DNA of 64,000 nucleotides from an uncultured Candidatus Saccharibacteria bacterium (GCA_964531375.1 CAZHDO010000001.1:2282-66281), one strand, 5' to 3'; numbered from the stretch's first letter, positions 36,489 to 45,902 are shown. The notes: generated by a model from the sequence alone, not told the origin. Translations and numbers: made by a program.

Positions 36489-38990
36489 ATGTACATTTTT
36501 GATAAAATTTTTGGCGACAGGAGTACGAGAGAGATAAATAAAATAAAGCCGATTCTTGAGAAGGTGAATGGTTTTGAAGTTGAAATTAAAAAACTTTCAG
36601 ATGAGCAACTTAGAGAAAAGACTATTTATTTTAGAGGTAGACTGAAGACGGGAGAAACTTTAGAGGATATTTTACCCGAAGCTTTTGCTGTTGTTCGAGA
36701 AACTTCTTTAAGAACTCTTGGTCAAAGACATTATGATGTTCAGGTTTTGGGCGGAGTTGTCCTTCATCAAGGAAAGATATCGGAAATGAAGACCGGTGAA
36801 GGTAAGACTCTGGTTGCAACTTTGCCAGCATATTTGAATGCAATTAGTGGGCACGTTCATGTTGTTACTGTAAATGATTATTTAGCACGAAGAGACGTTG
36901 TTTGGATGGGGCAGATATATTCTTTTCTTGGATTATCGATTTCTGTAATTAATCATGACTCTTCTTTTCTTTATGATCCAAAACACACTGAAGTTGATAA
37001 AGAAAGAGACCAGCTTGGATCCTTTAAGGTTATTTATGAATTTTTAAGGCCATGTACAAGAAGGGAGGCTTATCAGGCTGATATTGTTTACGGAACAAAT
37101 AATGAGTTTGGTTTTGATTACCTCAGAGATAATATTTCTTATTCAGAGAGAGATATCGTACAAAGCTCGGAGGGTGTTACTGAAAAGATTGCTTATAATT
37201 TTGCAATAATCGACGAAGTGGATTCTATTCTTATAGACGAATCAAGAACCCCTCTTATTATTTCTGCACCAGCTGGAGAGTCAGAAGATCTTTATTCTTT
37301 GTTTGCAAACATTGCAGGACAGATGAAAGATGTTGAGGACTATGTGATTGATGAAAAACAAAGAGTCATTTCTTTAACTGATAAGGGTATAAGTAAGGCT
37401 GAAAGATTACTTGGTATCGAAAATATTTATACTGAGGGTGGTGTTAAGTATGTTCATCATTTGGAATCGGCTGTTCGTGCTAAGGCAATATTTATTTTAG
37501 ACAAAGATTATGTTGTTAAAAACGGCGAAGTAATAATTGTGGATGAATTTACTGGTAGGTTGCAACCCGGCCGAAGGTGGTCTGATGGATTACATCAGGC
37601 GGTAGAAGCTAAAGAAGGGGTTAAAGTTCAGAAGGAGTCTAGGACAATGGCTACAATCACTCTTCAGAATTATTTTAGAATGTATCAAAAACTTTCTGGC
37701 ATGACAGGTACTGGTCTTACTTCTGCTGAAGAATTTTTTAAAGTATACGGACTCGATACTGTTGCGATACCTTCACATAGACAGAATAAAAGAGAGGATC
37801 TTGATGATTATATATTTCAAACTGAGGACGGTAAGTTAAAAGCGCTTACAAGAAAAGTTAAAGAGCTTAACGAAAAAGGTCAACCTGTTCTTATTGGTAC
37901 GATATCTATTGAAAAAAACGAGATACTTTCAAAGTACCTAAGTCGCGAAGGTGTAAAACACAACGTTTTAAATGCCAAGAATCACGAACAGGAAGGACAG
38001 ATAATTGCAGAGGCGGGTAAAAAGGGAAGTGTTGTTATTGCCACAAACATGGCTGGTAGGGGGGTTGATATTAAGCTAGGTGGAGTGTTGGCTACAAAAG
38101 AAGAGTCTGATGAGATTAGGGAGCTTGGGGGGTTGTTTGTGCTTGGCACAGAAAGACACGACGCTAGAAGAATAGATAATCAACTAAGGGGAAGAAGTGG
38201 GAGACAAGGTGACCCTGGAGCGACCCAGTTTTTCGTATCTATGCAGGATGCTTTGATTAGAATTTTTGCGTCTGATATGGTTACAAACATGATGGGTAAG
38301 CTCGGGATTCCAGAAGACGAACCTATTCAAAACAGATTTATTACTAAGTCGATTGAGGGTGCGCAAACAAAAATAGAGGGAATAAATTTTGATTCCAGAA
38401 AACATCTTCTTGAGTATGATGATGTTATGAATATCCAAAGAAAGACTGTTTATGAAAAAAGAAGAAAAATTCTTTTGGGTGGTGATGTTTATTTAGCTGA
38501 ATATCTCGAGCAGATAATGGGTGAAGATATTGAGTCAAGAGAATTTGTAAAAAATTTAAGAAGCGAGATTGGCGATGTTAATTTTTTTGCTGGTTTGCGT
38601 ATGCTTAGTCTGCAGGTAATAGATATGATTTGGACAGAGCACCTTGAAACAATGGATCACATGCGCTCGAGCGTAAAATTAAGGGCTTATGGCCAAAGGG
38701 ACCCGCTTGTTGAATACAAAAAAGAGGGAATTAGGCTTTTTAGGGAGATTGAAAATGCTTTCGCTCACAATATATTAAGGCTTCTTCCTACCTTAAGAGC
38801 AAACCAAATAATTCTTGAGCCAGAAAAAAAGAAGTTGCAAGAAATACATGAATCTGCGAATGCTGTCGGTAATTCTGAAGAGGAGCAAAAAGAAGATATT
38901 AAGTCTCAAGAAAAAGAAATTGGAAGAAACGAACCTTGTTCTTGTGGAAGTGGAAAAAAATACAAGAAGTGTCATGGAAAAAATATTTAA
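36489..38990 (+). CDS. secA: Preprotein translocase ATPase SecA
   Basis: MKTGEGKT, DEVDSILIDE, TNMAGRG, QLRGRSGRQGDPG, SEC-C motif GRNEPCSCGSGKKYKKCHG. Confidence 0.99.
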   Translation: MYIFDKIFGDRSTREINKIKPILEKVNGFEVEIKKLSDEQLREKTIYFRGRLKTGETLEDILPEAFAVVRETSLRTLGQRHYDVQVLGGVVLHQGKISEMKTGEGKTLVATLPAYLNAISGHVHVVTVNDYLARRDVVWMGQIYSFLGLSISVINHDSSFLYDPKHTEVDKERDQLGSFKVIYEFLRPCTRREAYQADIVYGTNNEFGFDYLRDNISYSERDIVQSSEGVTEKIAYNFAIIDEVDSILIDESRTPLIISAPAGESEDLYSLFANIAGQMKDVEDYVIDEKQRVISLTDKGISKAERLLGIENIYTEGGVKYVHHLESAVRAKAIFILDKDYVVKNGEVIIVDEFTGRLQPGRRWSDGLHQAVEAKEGVKVQKESRTMATITLQNYFRMYQKLSGMTGTGLTSAEEFFKVYGLDTVAIPSHRQNKREDLDDYIFQTEDGKLKALTRKVKELNEKGQPVLIGTISIEKNEILSKYLSREGVKHNVLNAKNHEQEGQIIAEAGKKGSVVIATNMAGRGVDIKLGGVLATKEESDEIRELGGLFVLGTERHDARRIDNQLRGRSGRQGDPGATQFFVSMQDALIRIFASDMVTNMMGKLGIPEDEPIQNRFITKSIEGAQTKIEGINFDSRKHLLEYDDVMNIQRKTVYEKRRKILLGGDVYLAEYLEQIMGEDIESREFVKNLRSEIGDVNFFAGLRMLSLQVIDMIWTEHLETMDHMRSSVKLRAYGQRDPLVEYKKEGIRLFREIENAFAHNILRLLPTLRANQIILEPEKKKLQEIHESANAVGNSEEEQKEDIKSQEKEIGRNEPCSCGSGKKYKKCHGKNI

Positions 38991-39123
38991 GAAAGCTACA
39001 GAAATTTTGCACCATTTTAATTGCGCCCACTGTGGAAAGTGGTGGACAATCGGCGACGCCCCAGAGGAAAGAATAGAGTGGTTCTGTCCTTGGTGTGGAA
39101 AATTGCAGAAATACAATGAATAA
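38974..39123 (+). CDS. 49-aa zinc-ribbon protein
   Basis: ATG overlaps the end of secA; HFNCAHCGKWW...FCPWCG. Confidence 0.7.
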   Translation: MEKIFKKATEILHHFNCAHCGKWWTIGDAPEERIEWFCPWCGKLQKYNE

Positions 39124-39517
39124 AATTGAATTAATCCAAAAAACAAAAGAATTAAATTTCCAAACAGGGGAATATGCGGTTTTTGGTAGCGCTCTTTTGT
39201 GCATTTGGGGAATTAGGGATTCAAAAGATATTGATATTATAGTTAATAAAAATCTTTGGGAAAGATGCTTAACTTCTGGAGAGTGGACAAGTGGCAAGGC
39301 CTTAAGTGGGGCAGATAAATTAGAAAAAGAAAATATTGAAATATTTAGAGAATGGAATCCTGGAAAATTTGACCCCAACGAATTAATAAAAAGCGCAAAT
39401 ATAATAGAGGACGTACCTTTTGTTGATGTGAAATATTTACTTGAATGGAAGAAACTGATGGGACGTGAGAAAGATATAAGTGATATTGAGTTAATTGAGG
39501 GGTATCTAAATAAATAA
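39116..39517 (+). CDS. Minimal nucleotidyltransferase-fold protein (putative)
   Basis: VFGSALL...SKDIDII (hGS/DxD motif) and C-terminal GREKDISD. Confidence 0.6.
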   Translation: MNKIELIQKTKELNFQTGEYAVFGSALLCIWGIRDSKDIDIIVNKNLWERCLTSGEWTSGKALSGADKLEKENIEIFREWNPGKFDPNELIKSANIIEDVPFVDVKYLLEWKKLMGREKDISDIELIEGYLNK

Positions 39518-39537
39518 TTTAATAGACAAAAAGAAAA

Positions 39538-39556
39538 CCTCGCGGGTTGCGCGAGG
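39538..39556. terminator. Hairpin between convergent genes
   Basis: cctcgcg-ggttg-cgcgagg. Confidence 0.55.
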
Positions 39557-39577
39557 CTGTTGTGTCTTTTATTCGGT

Positions 39578-39973
39578 TTAATCTTTCATAAAGCCTTGGC
39601 CGGACATAAGTTTATCCAAGGCCACTTCTTTTGTAATTTCTTCAGAGAGAAAATCTTGTGCTGTTGTTATTGTGCACGTCATCGCACCGTTCTTTAAGAA
39701 ATAGTTAAGTTCAGGGTTTCCGGTCATGGAACGATTTCCCTGAAAAAGAACCACTTGTTCATCCTTTGTTTGGTAGAATCTGCCACTGATAGTGATTTTT
39801 TTGAAAGTAACAAAGAGCTTTGTTTTCGGATCAGAAAGAGCTGCCTCGAGCTCGCTTTGAAGCCTCAAATGATCTTTCAAAAGACGGTCGTCTTCCGGGT
39901 TTGCAATGCGTTTTTGCAGATTTTTAATCTGACGAACTTTCTCTTCGTATTCGGCATACTTCTCAGTGGTCAT
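39578..39973 (-). CDS. Hypothetical protein
   Basis: 131-aa ORF with ATG start; no recognisable motif. Confidence 0.6.
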   Translation of the reverse strand: MTTEKYAEYEEKVRQIKNLQKRIANPEDDRLLKDHLRLQSELEAALSDPKTKLFVTFKKITISGRFYQTKDEQVVLFQGNRSMTGNPELNYFLKNGAMTCTITTAQDFLSEEITKEVALDKLMSGQGFMKD

Positions 39974-40064
39974 GATACTTCTCCCTGTGTGGTATTTTAA
40001 CGAACAAGCTGAAATTAAACTAACAAATTAAGGCTTGTAAGTAAAGAAGTTGTTCTTTGTTTGA

Positions 40065-40763
40065 TTAGATTTTGAAGTATTTTTCTTTGAGGAATTGCGT
40101 AAATTTTTGCATTTCTTCTTGTGCCTCTTGCACTTCTTCGATTGTGATTGGTTTAGTTTCTCTCTCTCGACGTTTTTTATTAGAGAATCGACTTTCCACC
40201 CTCCAAACACTTCCATGTTCGTTAAACCCAGATCCTTGTTTTATTATATCAAGGTTGTCAGTTGTGTTTTTTGAATTGTAAAATTCTAACAATAGTTCAT
40301 CAATTTTTGAACCCATCGCCATGAATTCTTTAAACCAGTTTTTATATTCGGTGGTTTTGCCAAGGGTTTCGTCTAATTCAACCAGCTTGTCTATAAATTC
40401 TTCATCTGCTAAGGTGTTGACTTCTTCCACTAATTGAATCTTTGTTAGATTGTATTTACTACATATTTCGTTTGTTATCTTTTTTCTGGCCTCGTTATAA
40501 ACCAATTGTTGATTATCTAGAGGGGCTATGTTTATATAAGGAAATGCGAAACTTCGTCCGGTAGTGTGCCCCGCACAAGACCCCGTTGTGTTAAAACCAA
40601 GGAGCAACAGATATGTGACTGTTTCTTTAATCTCTTGATCCATGGAGTTGCCTATTCCATCTACCACATCATCTAGTCTTTTTATTGTTTTGTTAAACGC
40701 TTCTTCTTTCTTTTTCTTTTTTTCTTCAATACTGCTTAGTTGTTTATTTAGGTTATTTTCCAT
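40065..40763 (-). CDS. Hypothetical protein with DxxI...TxGSCxGH motif
   Basis: MDQEIKETVTYL...GFNTTGSCAGH. Confidence 0.7.
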   Translation of the reverse strand: MENNLNKQLSSIEEKKKKKEEAFNKTIKRLDDVVDGIGNSMDQEIKETVTYLLLLGFNTTGSCAGHTTGRSFAFPYINIAPLDNQQLVYNEARKKITNEICSKYNLTKIQLVEEVNTLADEEFIDKLVELDETLGKTTEYKNWFKEFMAMGSKIDELLLEFYNSKNTTDNLDIIKQGSGFNEHGSVWRVESRFSNKKRRERETKPITIEEVQEAQEEMQKFTQFLKEKYFKI

Positions 40764-40813
40764 GCCTGAGATTATAACACATTTGATATTGATGAAATCT
40801 TATCTCGATTTAG

Positions 40814-41001
40814 GCAGGAATCAGGTCGCAAGTTACTAAGTCTACTCATATTGCTTCGCAATATTGCGTGGACTAAGTACTCGCGACCCCGACTCAGCTC
40901 CCTTGCTTTCAGCAATGGGCCCGCTTCCGTCTTTCGATTCCTGCTGGGCGCTACAAAACAAAACCACCCCAAATGTTTTCACATTTAAGGTGGTTGTTTT
41001 G
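40814..41001 (-). repeat. Structured element downstream of tRNA-Lys (inverted tRNA 3' end plus hairpin cargo)
   Basis: 40933-40951 is a 19-bp inverted copy of 41003-41021; ggtcgcaa/tcgcgacccc motifs; gcaggaatc at 40814. Confidence 0.8.
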
Positions 41002-41074
41002 TGCGCCCAGCAGGAATCGAACCTGCGACCATTTGCTTAAAAGGCAACTGCTCTACCAGCTGAGCTATGGGCGC
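41002..41074 (-). tRNA. tRNA-Lys(UUU)
   Basis: Cloverleaf GCGCCCA...loop CTTTTAA...GTTCGATTC; no encoded CCA. Confidence 0.95.
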
Positions 41075-41124
41075 ATACAACAAAGACTACAATATCACAA
41101 AATACTTATTTTTCAATACCTCTG

Positions 41125-41281
41125 GGTGGGGAGGGGGTCGGTCGCAAATAAATTTTCTAGTGGAAATTTTTCGCGACCCCGGCTCGTATCGCCTTTGGCG
41201 ATATACTGCGCCTTTCGATTACCTCGCGCAAGCAAAGCAGTTTACTTGCTATCTGTCCCATATTTCGCTCCGCTCTATATG
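41125..41281 (-). repeat. Structured element downstream of tRNA-Leu
   Basis: Shares ggtcgcaa (41140) and tcgcgacccc (41171) with the Lys element, and the AACTGCTT hairpin (41228-41249) with the Cys and Tyr elements. Confidence 0.75.
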
Positions 41282-41365
41282 TGCCTGAGGAGGGAGTCGA
41301 ACCCTCAATCCCTTACGGGCGACAGATTTTAAGTCTGTAGCGTATACCAATTCCGCCACTCAGGC
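41282..41365 (-). tRNA. tRNA-Leu(UAA)
   Basis: GCCTGAG acceptor stem, ACAGA-CTTAAAA-TCTGT anticodon arm, long variable arm. Confidence 0.95.
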
Positions 41366-41421
41366 CTATTTTTATTTTAGCAGAAAATAAATCTTCTGCC
41401 AGGATTTCCAGATGGAAATCC

Positions 41422-41567
41422 TGAGGCCTGGGTGGGAATCCTTTTCCTTCAAAAATTTCTGGTCACTGATGTGACATTGAAATTTTTTCATCCAAAGCCT
41501 GTCGTTTTAAAATAGTAAAGCAGTTTACTTTTTTAAAATCGCCTTCGATTCCCAATCGGGAACCTTG
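41422..41567 (-). repeat. Structured element downstream of tRNA-Cys
   Basis: 19-bp direct repeat of the tRNA 3' end (41422-41440 = 41566-41584); inverted T-arm 41544-41554; AACTGCTT hairpin at 41518. Confidence 0.8.
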
Positions 41568-41639
41568 AGGCCTGGGTGGGAATCGAACCCGCGTATAAGA
41601 GTTTTGCAGACTCTTGCCTTACCACTTGGCTACCAGGCC
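41568..41639 (-). tRNA. tRNA-Cys(GCA)
   Basis: GGCCTGG acceptor stem, AGAGT-CTGCAAA-ACTCT anticodon arm, U discriminator. Confidence 0.95.
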
Positions 41640-41673
41640 AGTAAATTGTAAATCATACCAATATTTTCAAAGC

Positions 41674-41732
41674 TTTGCGACTTTTGCCTGGACCCTGCCC
41701 GCCTTTGGCGGGACTTAGCTACCAGGCCAGTA
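41674..41732 (-). pseudogene. Degenerate duplicate of the tRNA-Cys 5' half with a hairpin inserted in the D-loop
   Basis: 41713-41732 matches 41624-41643 at 19/20; tttgcgacttttgcct resembles the anticodon arm; insert cccgcc-ttt-ggcggg. Confidence 0.65.
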
Positions 41733-41733
41733 T

Positions 41734-42066
41734 TTATACTTTTGTTTGATTTAAAAGTTCATCGATTCTTTGTCTGTTTTTTTCTCCCTTGTCTATTTCA
41801 AAATCAAAGAAGGGGAGAACTCTCATTTTCCAGAATTTTTTTACGTACTCTCTAAAATCACTTCTCTGTCTCTTGAGAAATTCTAAGGCCCTTAATTCCT
41901 CACTATCTGGTAGAGTTGTAAAAAGGATCGTTGTTCTTTCTTTGTCGTCAGAAATATCAACGCCTGTTATTGTTATAATCGAATTGCCATTTGAAACCCT
42001 CTGAGTAAAATCAGCGGCCATTTTCATTAGTAAAGACGATATTTTTTCGTTTCTTCTTCCTTGCAT
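41734..42066 (-). CDS. rbfA: Ribosome-binding factor A
   Basis: ITITGVDISDD, MRVLPFFDFEIDKG; directly downstream of infB. Confidence 0.85.
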   Translation of the reverse strand: MQGRRNEKISSLLMKMAADFTQRVSNGNSIITITGVDISDDKERTTILFTTLPDSEELRALEFLKRQRSDFREYVKKFWKMRVLPFFDFEIDKGEKNRQRIDELLNQTKV

Positions 42067-42098
42067 TTTATATTTAATTAATAGGATGTATATTGCCC

Positions 42099-43646
42099 TT
42101 AAACTGTCTCAATGTCAAAGGCTTCAATAATATCTCCTTCAGAAATTGTAACCTTGGATTCTATCGTTACTCCGAATTGGGCCCCTTCTGTAACTTCTCT
42201 TGATTTTTGTTTTTTCTCTTGAAGTTCTATAATTTCACCTCTACCAATCTCATTTTTCTGTCTAATTATTTTAATTTGTTTATTGTTTATGATAGAGCCT
42301 GATAGAACAGAACCTCCAACAATTTGTTTGTCTTTTTGTCTGCTGAATGTTTTTAAGATTCTTGCTTGGCCTAGTACTTTTTCCACCTGCATCTTAGGCA
42401 TTCTCTTTTTAATCTCTTCGGCAACTACTTCATTGATTTTGTATATAATGTCAAAAATCATTGGTTGTACATTGAATTTCTGTGAGATATCTGCAACGCC
42501 TCTGTCTACTTTAACGTTGAATCCGATTACCAGTGGTTTTTCTGTTCCACTTGCCATGGTTATGTCGTTCTCTGTAATATTTCCTACACCACAACATATT
42601 ATTCTGACCTTAACATCATCTGTCTCAAGTTTTCTTAGTTCTTTTTCAATTGCTTCGTTTGAACCCTGGAAGTCTCCTTTTAATATAATAGGAAGAACTA
42701 CTTTAGCATTGGCATAATCCGATGCAGGTCTTGTTGAACAAACTGTCGAGCAAGTATTTTTGGCCATAACCTCGGCATCTTTTTTGTTTGGAGAAGATGT
42801 GAATGTTGAACCAACTGTAGGTATTTTACTGAATCCGATTACTTTGATAGGTGACGAAGCTATTGCGGAATCTATTTTAACTCCAGCGAAATTTTCAAGA
42901 GATCTTACTGGCGTTATGTTTCCGTCTATTACCAAGAAGTCACCCTTCCTTATTGTTCCATTGATTAAGATAAGAGTAGCGATACCTCCTTTGTTTGGGT
43001 GAAGATTTGATTCAAGAACAAAACCTTCGCCTCTTCGGTTGTCGTCCTTTTTAAGCCCATTAACTTCTGCCATTAAAAGTAAAATATCAAGAAGGTCGGA
43101 AACACCTTCGCCAGTTTTTGCTGATATTGGAATGTTTGAAATATCTCCACCGTATCCTTCAAGAAAAACTCCATTTGAAGCCAGGTCGAGTTTTGTTTTT
43201 TCGATGTCGGCGTTTGGTTTGTCTATTTTATTTATTGCAACGATAAAAGGTGTATTGGCTTCTTGTATTGTTTTTAGGGCTTCGATTGTCTGAACATTAA
43301 CACTATCGTCAGCGGCGACAACGAGTATTACAATATCTGCAACCTCAGCCCCTCTTGATCTCATTTTGGAAAAAGCAGCGTGTCCGGGGGTGTCTATGAA
43401 CGTTATTCTTTTTTCATCGCCAGTTGGAGTTTTGTGTATTACTTCATATGCACTTGTGTGTTGAGTGATACCACCGGCTTCTTTGTCTACTGTGTTTGAT
43501 TTTCTTATGAAGTCAAGAAGTGTTGATTTTCCATGATCAATATGACCCATCACTGTAATAATAGGGGGGCGCTCTTTAGGATCAACTGGTTTTTTTGTAC
43601 CTTGTGATTCGTCCGGTATTTTGTTTTCTTTTTTTGTTTTTATCAT
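42099..43646 (-). CDS. infB: Translation initiation factor IF-2 (short form)
   Basis: MGHIDHGKST, GGITQH, DTPGHAAF, NKID; ATG at 43646 chosen. Confidence 0.97.
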   Translation of the reverse strand: MIKTKKENKIPDESQGTKKPVDPKERPPIITVMGHIDHGKSTLLDFIRKSNTVDKEAGGITQHTSAYEVIHKTPTGDEKRITFIDTPGHAAFSKMRSRGAEVADIVILVVAADDSVNVQTIEALKTIQEANTPFIVAINKIDKPNADIEKTKLDLASNGVFLEGYGGDISNIPISAKTGEGVSDLLDILLLMAEVNGLKKDDNRRGEGFVLESNLHPNKGGIATLILINGTIRKGDFLVIDGNITPVRSLENFAGVKIDSAIASSPIKVIGFSKIPTVGSTFTSSPNKKDAEVMAKNTCSTVCSTRPASDYANAKVVLPIILKGDFQGSNEAIEKELRKLETDDVKVRIICCGVGNITENDITMASGTEKPLVIGFNVKVDRGVADISQKFNVQPMIFDIIYKINEVVAEEIKKRMPKMQVEKVLGQARILKTFSRQKDKQIVGGSVLSGSIINNKQIKIIRQKNEIGRGEIIELQEKKQKSREVTEGAQFGVTIESKVTISEGDIIEAFDIETV

Positions 43647-43730
43647 TATTTGAGCAAGAATAAGTACGGCTTGACCATTATCAACAAAAAAACCCATCTT
43701 GTAAACCCCTTTTAGGTGTTTTTCCTAAAA

Positions 43731-44201
43731 TTATAACCCTTTTCTACTTTCCCAGGATTTTTTCAAAACCTCTTTTTCTTCTTCTGAGAGTTCGTAGTCT
43801 GATTTATATTCTTTGATTGGTTTCGCAAAAACACTTACTTTGTCTCTTGAATATAGACTAGAAAGAACAACACCATCTCCATGGTCATCAATAAACGCGG
43901 AAGCGAAACTTTGTTTACTACCCACGTCTGCAAATGGATTGAATCTTGTGGTTTCAACTGTTCTTATATTTTTTCTAATACTGTTTTTTATAATTTGTAT
44001 TTCCTTTTCAATGTTATTTTTTGCAGTATCAAGTTTTTCAATATCTTCGATTGCTGTAACTATAGAATCTTCTATGTTGTTTACCGTATTGCCCTTAAGT
44101 ATTTTTTTGAGTCGCATTTCAAGGCGAATAATACACGCAATTAGAATTATTACGGATGCAATTAAAAAGTAAGTTACGGCTGGTGAATTTAAATTTCCCA
44201 T
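43731..44201 (-). CDS. DUF4446-like membrane-anchored protein
   Basis: RFNPF..GSKQSF..GVVLSSLYSR..FAKP..LSEEE. Confidence 0.8.
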   Translation of the reverse strand: MGNLNSPAVTYFLIASVIILIACIIRLEMRLKKILKGNTVNNIEDSIVTAIEDIEKLDTAKNNIEKEIQIIKNSIRKNIRTVETTRFNPFADVGSKQSFASAFIDDHGDGVVLSSLYSRDKVSVFAKPIKEYKSDYELSEEEKEVLKKSWESRKGL

Positions 44202-44329
44202 AGATTTATTTCAATTCATTCTATTACTTTGAATTTATTTAATCAAGGCAAAAGTTTGACGTTTCTCGTGAATTTCTGTAAAAGTGGTAGAGACAATTCG
44301 TACTTTGTAAAAAATGAAAAGGGGGTTAT

Positions 44330-44608
44330 ATGTTTGATGATGAAAGTGTTGAGGTTCACGAGTTTACATATCCAATACGGTTGCCGCCCGGGTGGGATGG
44401 TAAGGGTAACATTGTTATTGTTTTTGAGAAGCCTGATGGAACCGCAGAATATTTGACTTTTCCTTGTGCGCAAGTGAGGAAGCTGGTTCGTTTTGTTGAT
44501 AACGGTCAAGATACGATTACCATTCGCGAGATAAGAGTTGTTAGCGAATGTCATCGCGATGCGAGGGAGGAGATTTTAAATATTATTCTTTTAAGAAAAA
44601 ATCCCTGA
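44330..44608 (+). CDS. Hypothetical protein
   Basis: 92-aa ORF preceded by AAGGGG and followed by a hairpin. Confidence 0.55.
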   Translation: MFDDESVEVHEFTYPIRLPPGWDGKGNIVIVFEKPDGTAEYLTFPCAQVRKLVRFVDNGQDTITIREIRVVSECHRDAREEILNIILLRKNP

Positions 44609-44680
44609 TTAGTTGTTTTAAATTTAAACCGTAATTATTTATTTGTTGCGGTTTTTTGTTATTTGTAATAGATTTCAAGG

Positions 44681-45865
44681 GTGAAGAAAAAGCAAAATAA
44701 ATCAATATATCTTGATTATGCGGCAACCACTCCGGTAGACGAGAAGGTGTTGTTGGGAATGAGAAGGTTTTGGTCTACTGAATATGGTAATCCAGGATCT
44801 ATACATTCTTTGGGTGTTTCGGCAAACAAAGCACTCGAAGAGGCGAGAAAAAATATTGCATTACCGCTAGGCGCAAGGTCTTCCGAAATATTTTTTACGA
44901 GTGGTGGGACCGAATCAAACAATCTTGCAATCATGGGAGTTGCAAATTTTTTCAAGAGAATAAGTAATGGCAAAAAGCTCCATATTATAACTTCTAAAAT
45001 TGAACACCATTCGGTTTTGAAGCCTTTTAAATTTTTAGAGAAAAATGGTTTTGATGTTACTTATTTAAACACGTCTCCTTCTGGTCTTGTTAAGCCGGAA
45101 GATGTTAAGAAGGCAATAAAAGATAATACTGTGCTCGTTTCTTTGATGTACGCTAACAATGAGATTGGTACAATTCAGCCGATAAGAGAAATTTCCCAAA
45201 AAATAAAAGAAAAAAGAGGAGATAGAAATTATCCAATTTTTCATACTGATGCGTGTCAGGCTCCAGGTGCTCTGTCTTTACAGGTTTCAAATTTAGGGAT
45301 TGATTTAATGACGATTGGAGGGTCAAAGATATATGGACCAAAAGGGTCTGGATTTTTATATATCAAGAATGGCACTCCTGTTGACCCGGTATTTTTTGGT
45401 GGTGGTCAAGAAGGTGGTTTACGTTCAGGAACACAGAATGTGCCTGAGATTGTAGGTTTGTCTATTGCGTTAAGGCTTATCGAGGATAAAAGAAAAAAAG
45501 AGTCAGATAGGCTGACTATTTTGAGGGACTATTTTATTACTTCAGCTAAAAAAATAATTTCTAATTTGGAATTAAATGGCGATGCTAAACAAAGACTTCC
45601 AAATAATGTTAATTTTTATTTCCCAGGAATATCTGGAGAGCAATTGGTTATTGAACTTGATGCTAAGGGAGTAATGACTTCGACTGGAAGCGCCTGTTCA
45701 AGTAGGGAAGAGGCGCCATCTCATGTATTGGTTTCTGTTTACGGAAAAGAGGCAAGGGCGAACAGTTCTGTAAGATTTACTTTTGGCAGAGATACTACGA
45801 AAAATGATATATTAAAAACGGTAAAAATTTTACAAAATATCGTAGAGAGATTAAGAAAAAAATAA
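44681..45865 (+). CDS. Cysteine desulfurase (IscS/NifS family)
   Basis: YLDYAATTP, FTSGGTESNN, HTDACQ, SKIYGPKG, STGSACSS. Confidence 0.95.
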   Translation: MKKKQNKSIYLDYAATTPVDEKVLLGMRRFWSTEYGNPGSIHSLGVSANKALEEARKNIALPLGARSSEIFFTSGGTESNNLAIMGVANFFKRISNGKKLHIITSKIEHHSVLKPFKFLEKNGFDVTYLNTSPSGLVKPEDVKKAIKDNTVLVSLMYANNEIGTIQPIREISQKIKEKRGDRNYPIFHTDACQAPGALSLQVSNLGIDLMTIGGSKIYGPKGSGFLYIKNGTPVDPVFFGGGQEGGLRSGTQNVPEIVGLSIALRLIEDKRKKESDRLTILRDYFITSAKKIISNLELNGDAKQRLPNNVNFYFPGISGEQLVIELDAKGVMTSTGSACSSREEAPSHVLVSVYGKEARANSSVRFTFGRDTTKNDILKTVKILQNIVERLRKK

Positions 45866-45902
45866 TTTTTGCATTTATATTTTTTTGTTATAGAATAAGG
45901 GT

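Noticed and set aside
40772-41332. ORFs 40772-40972, 40973-41332 and 41067-41288
   Set aside because: They overlap tRNAs and palindromic elements; GC-rich shadow ORFs with no protein motifs.
41422-41584. attL/attR of a prophage or genomic island at tRNA-Cys
   Set aside because: The repeats start only 144 bp apart, with no integrase or cargo genes; treated as part of the tRNA-associated element family.
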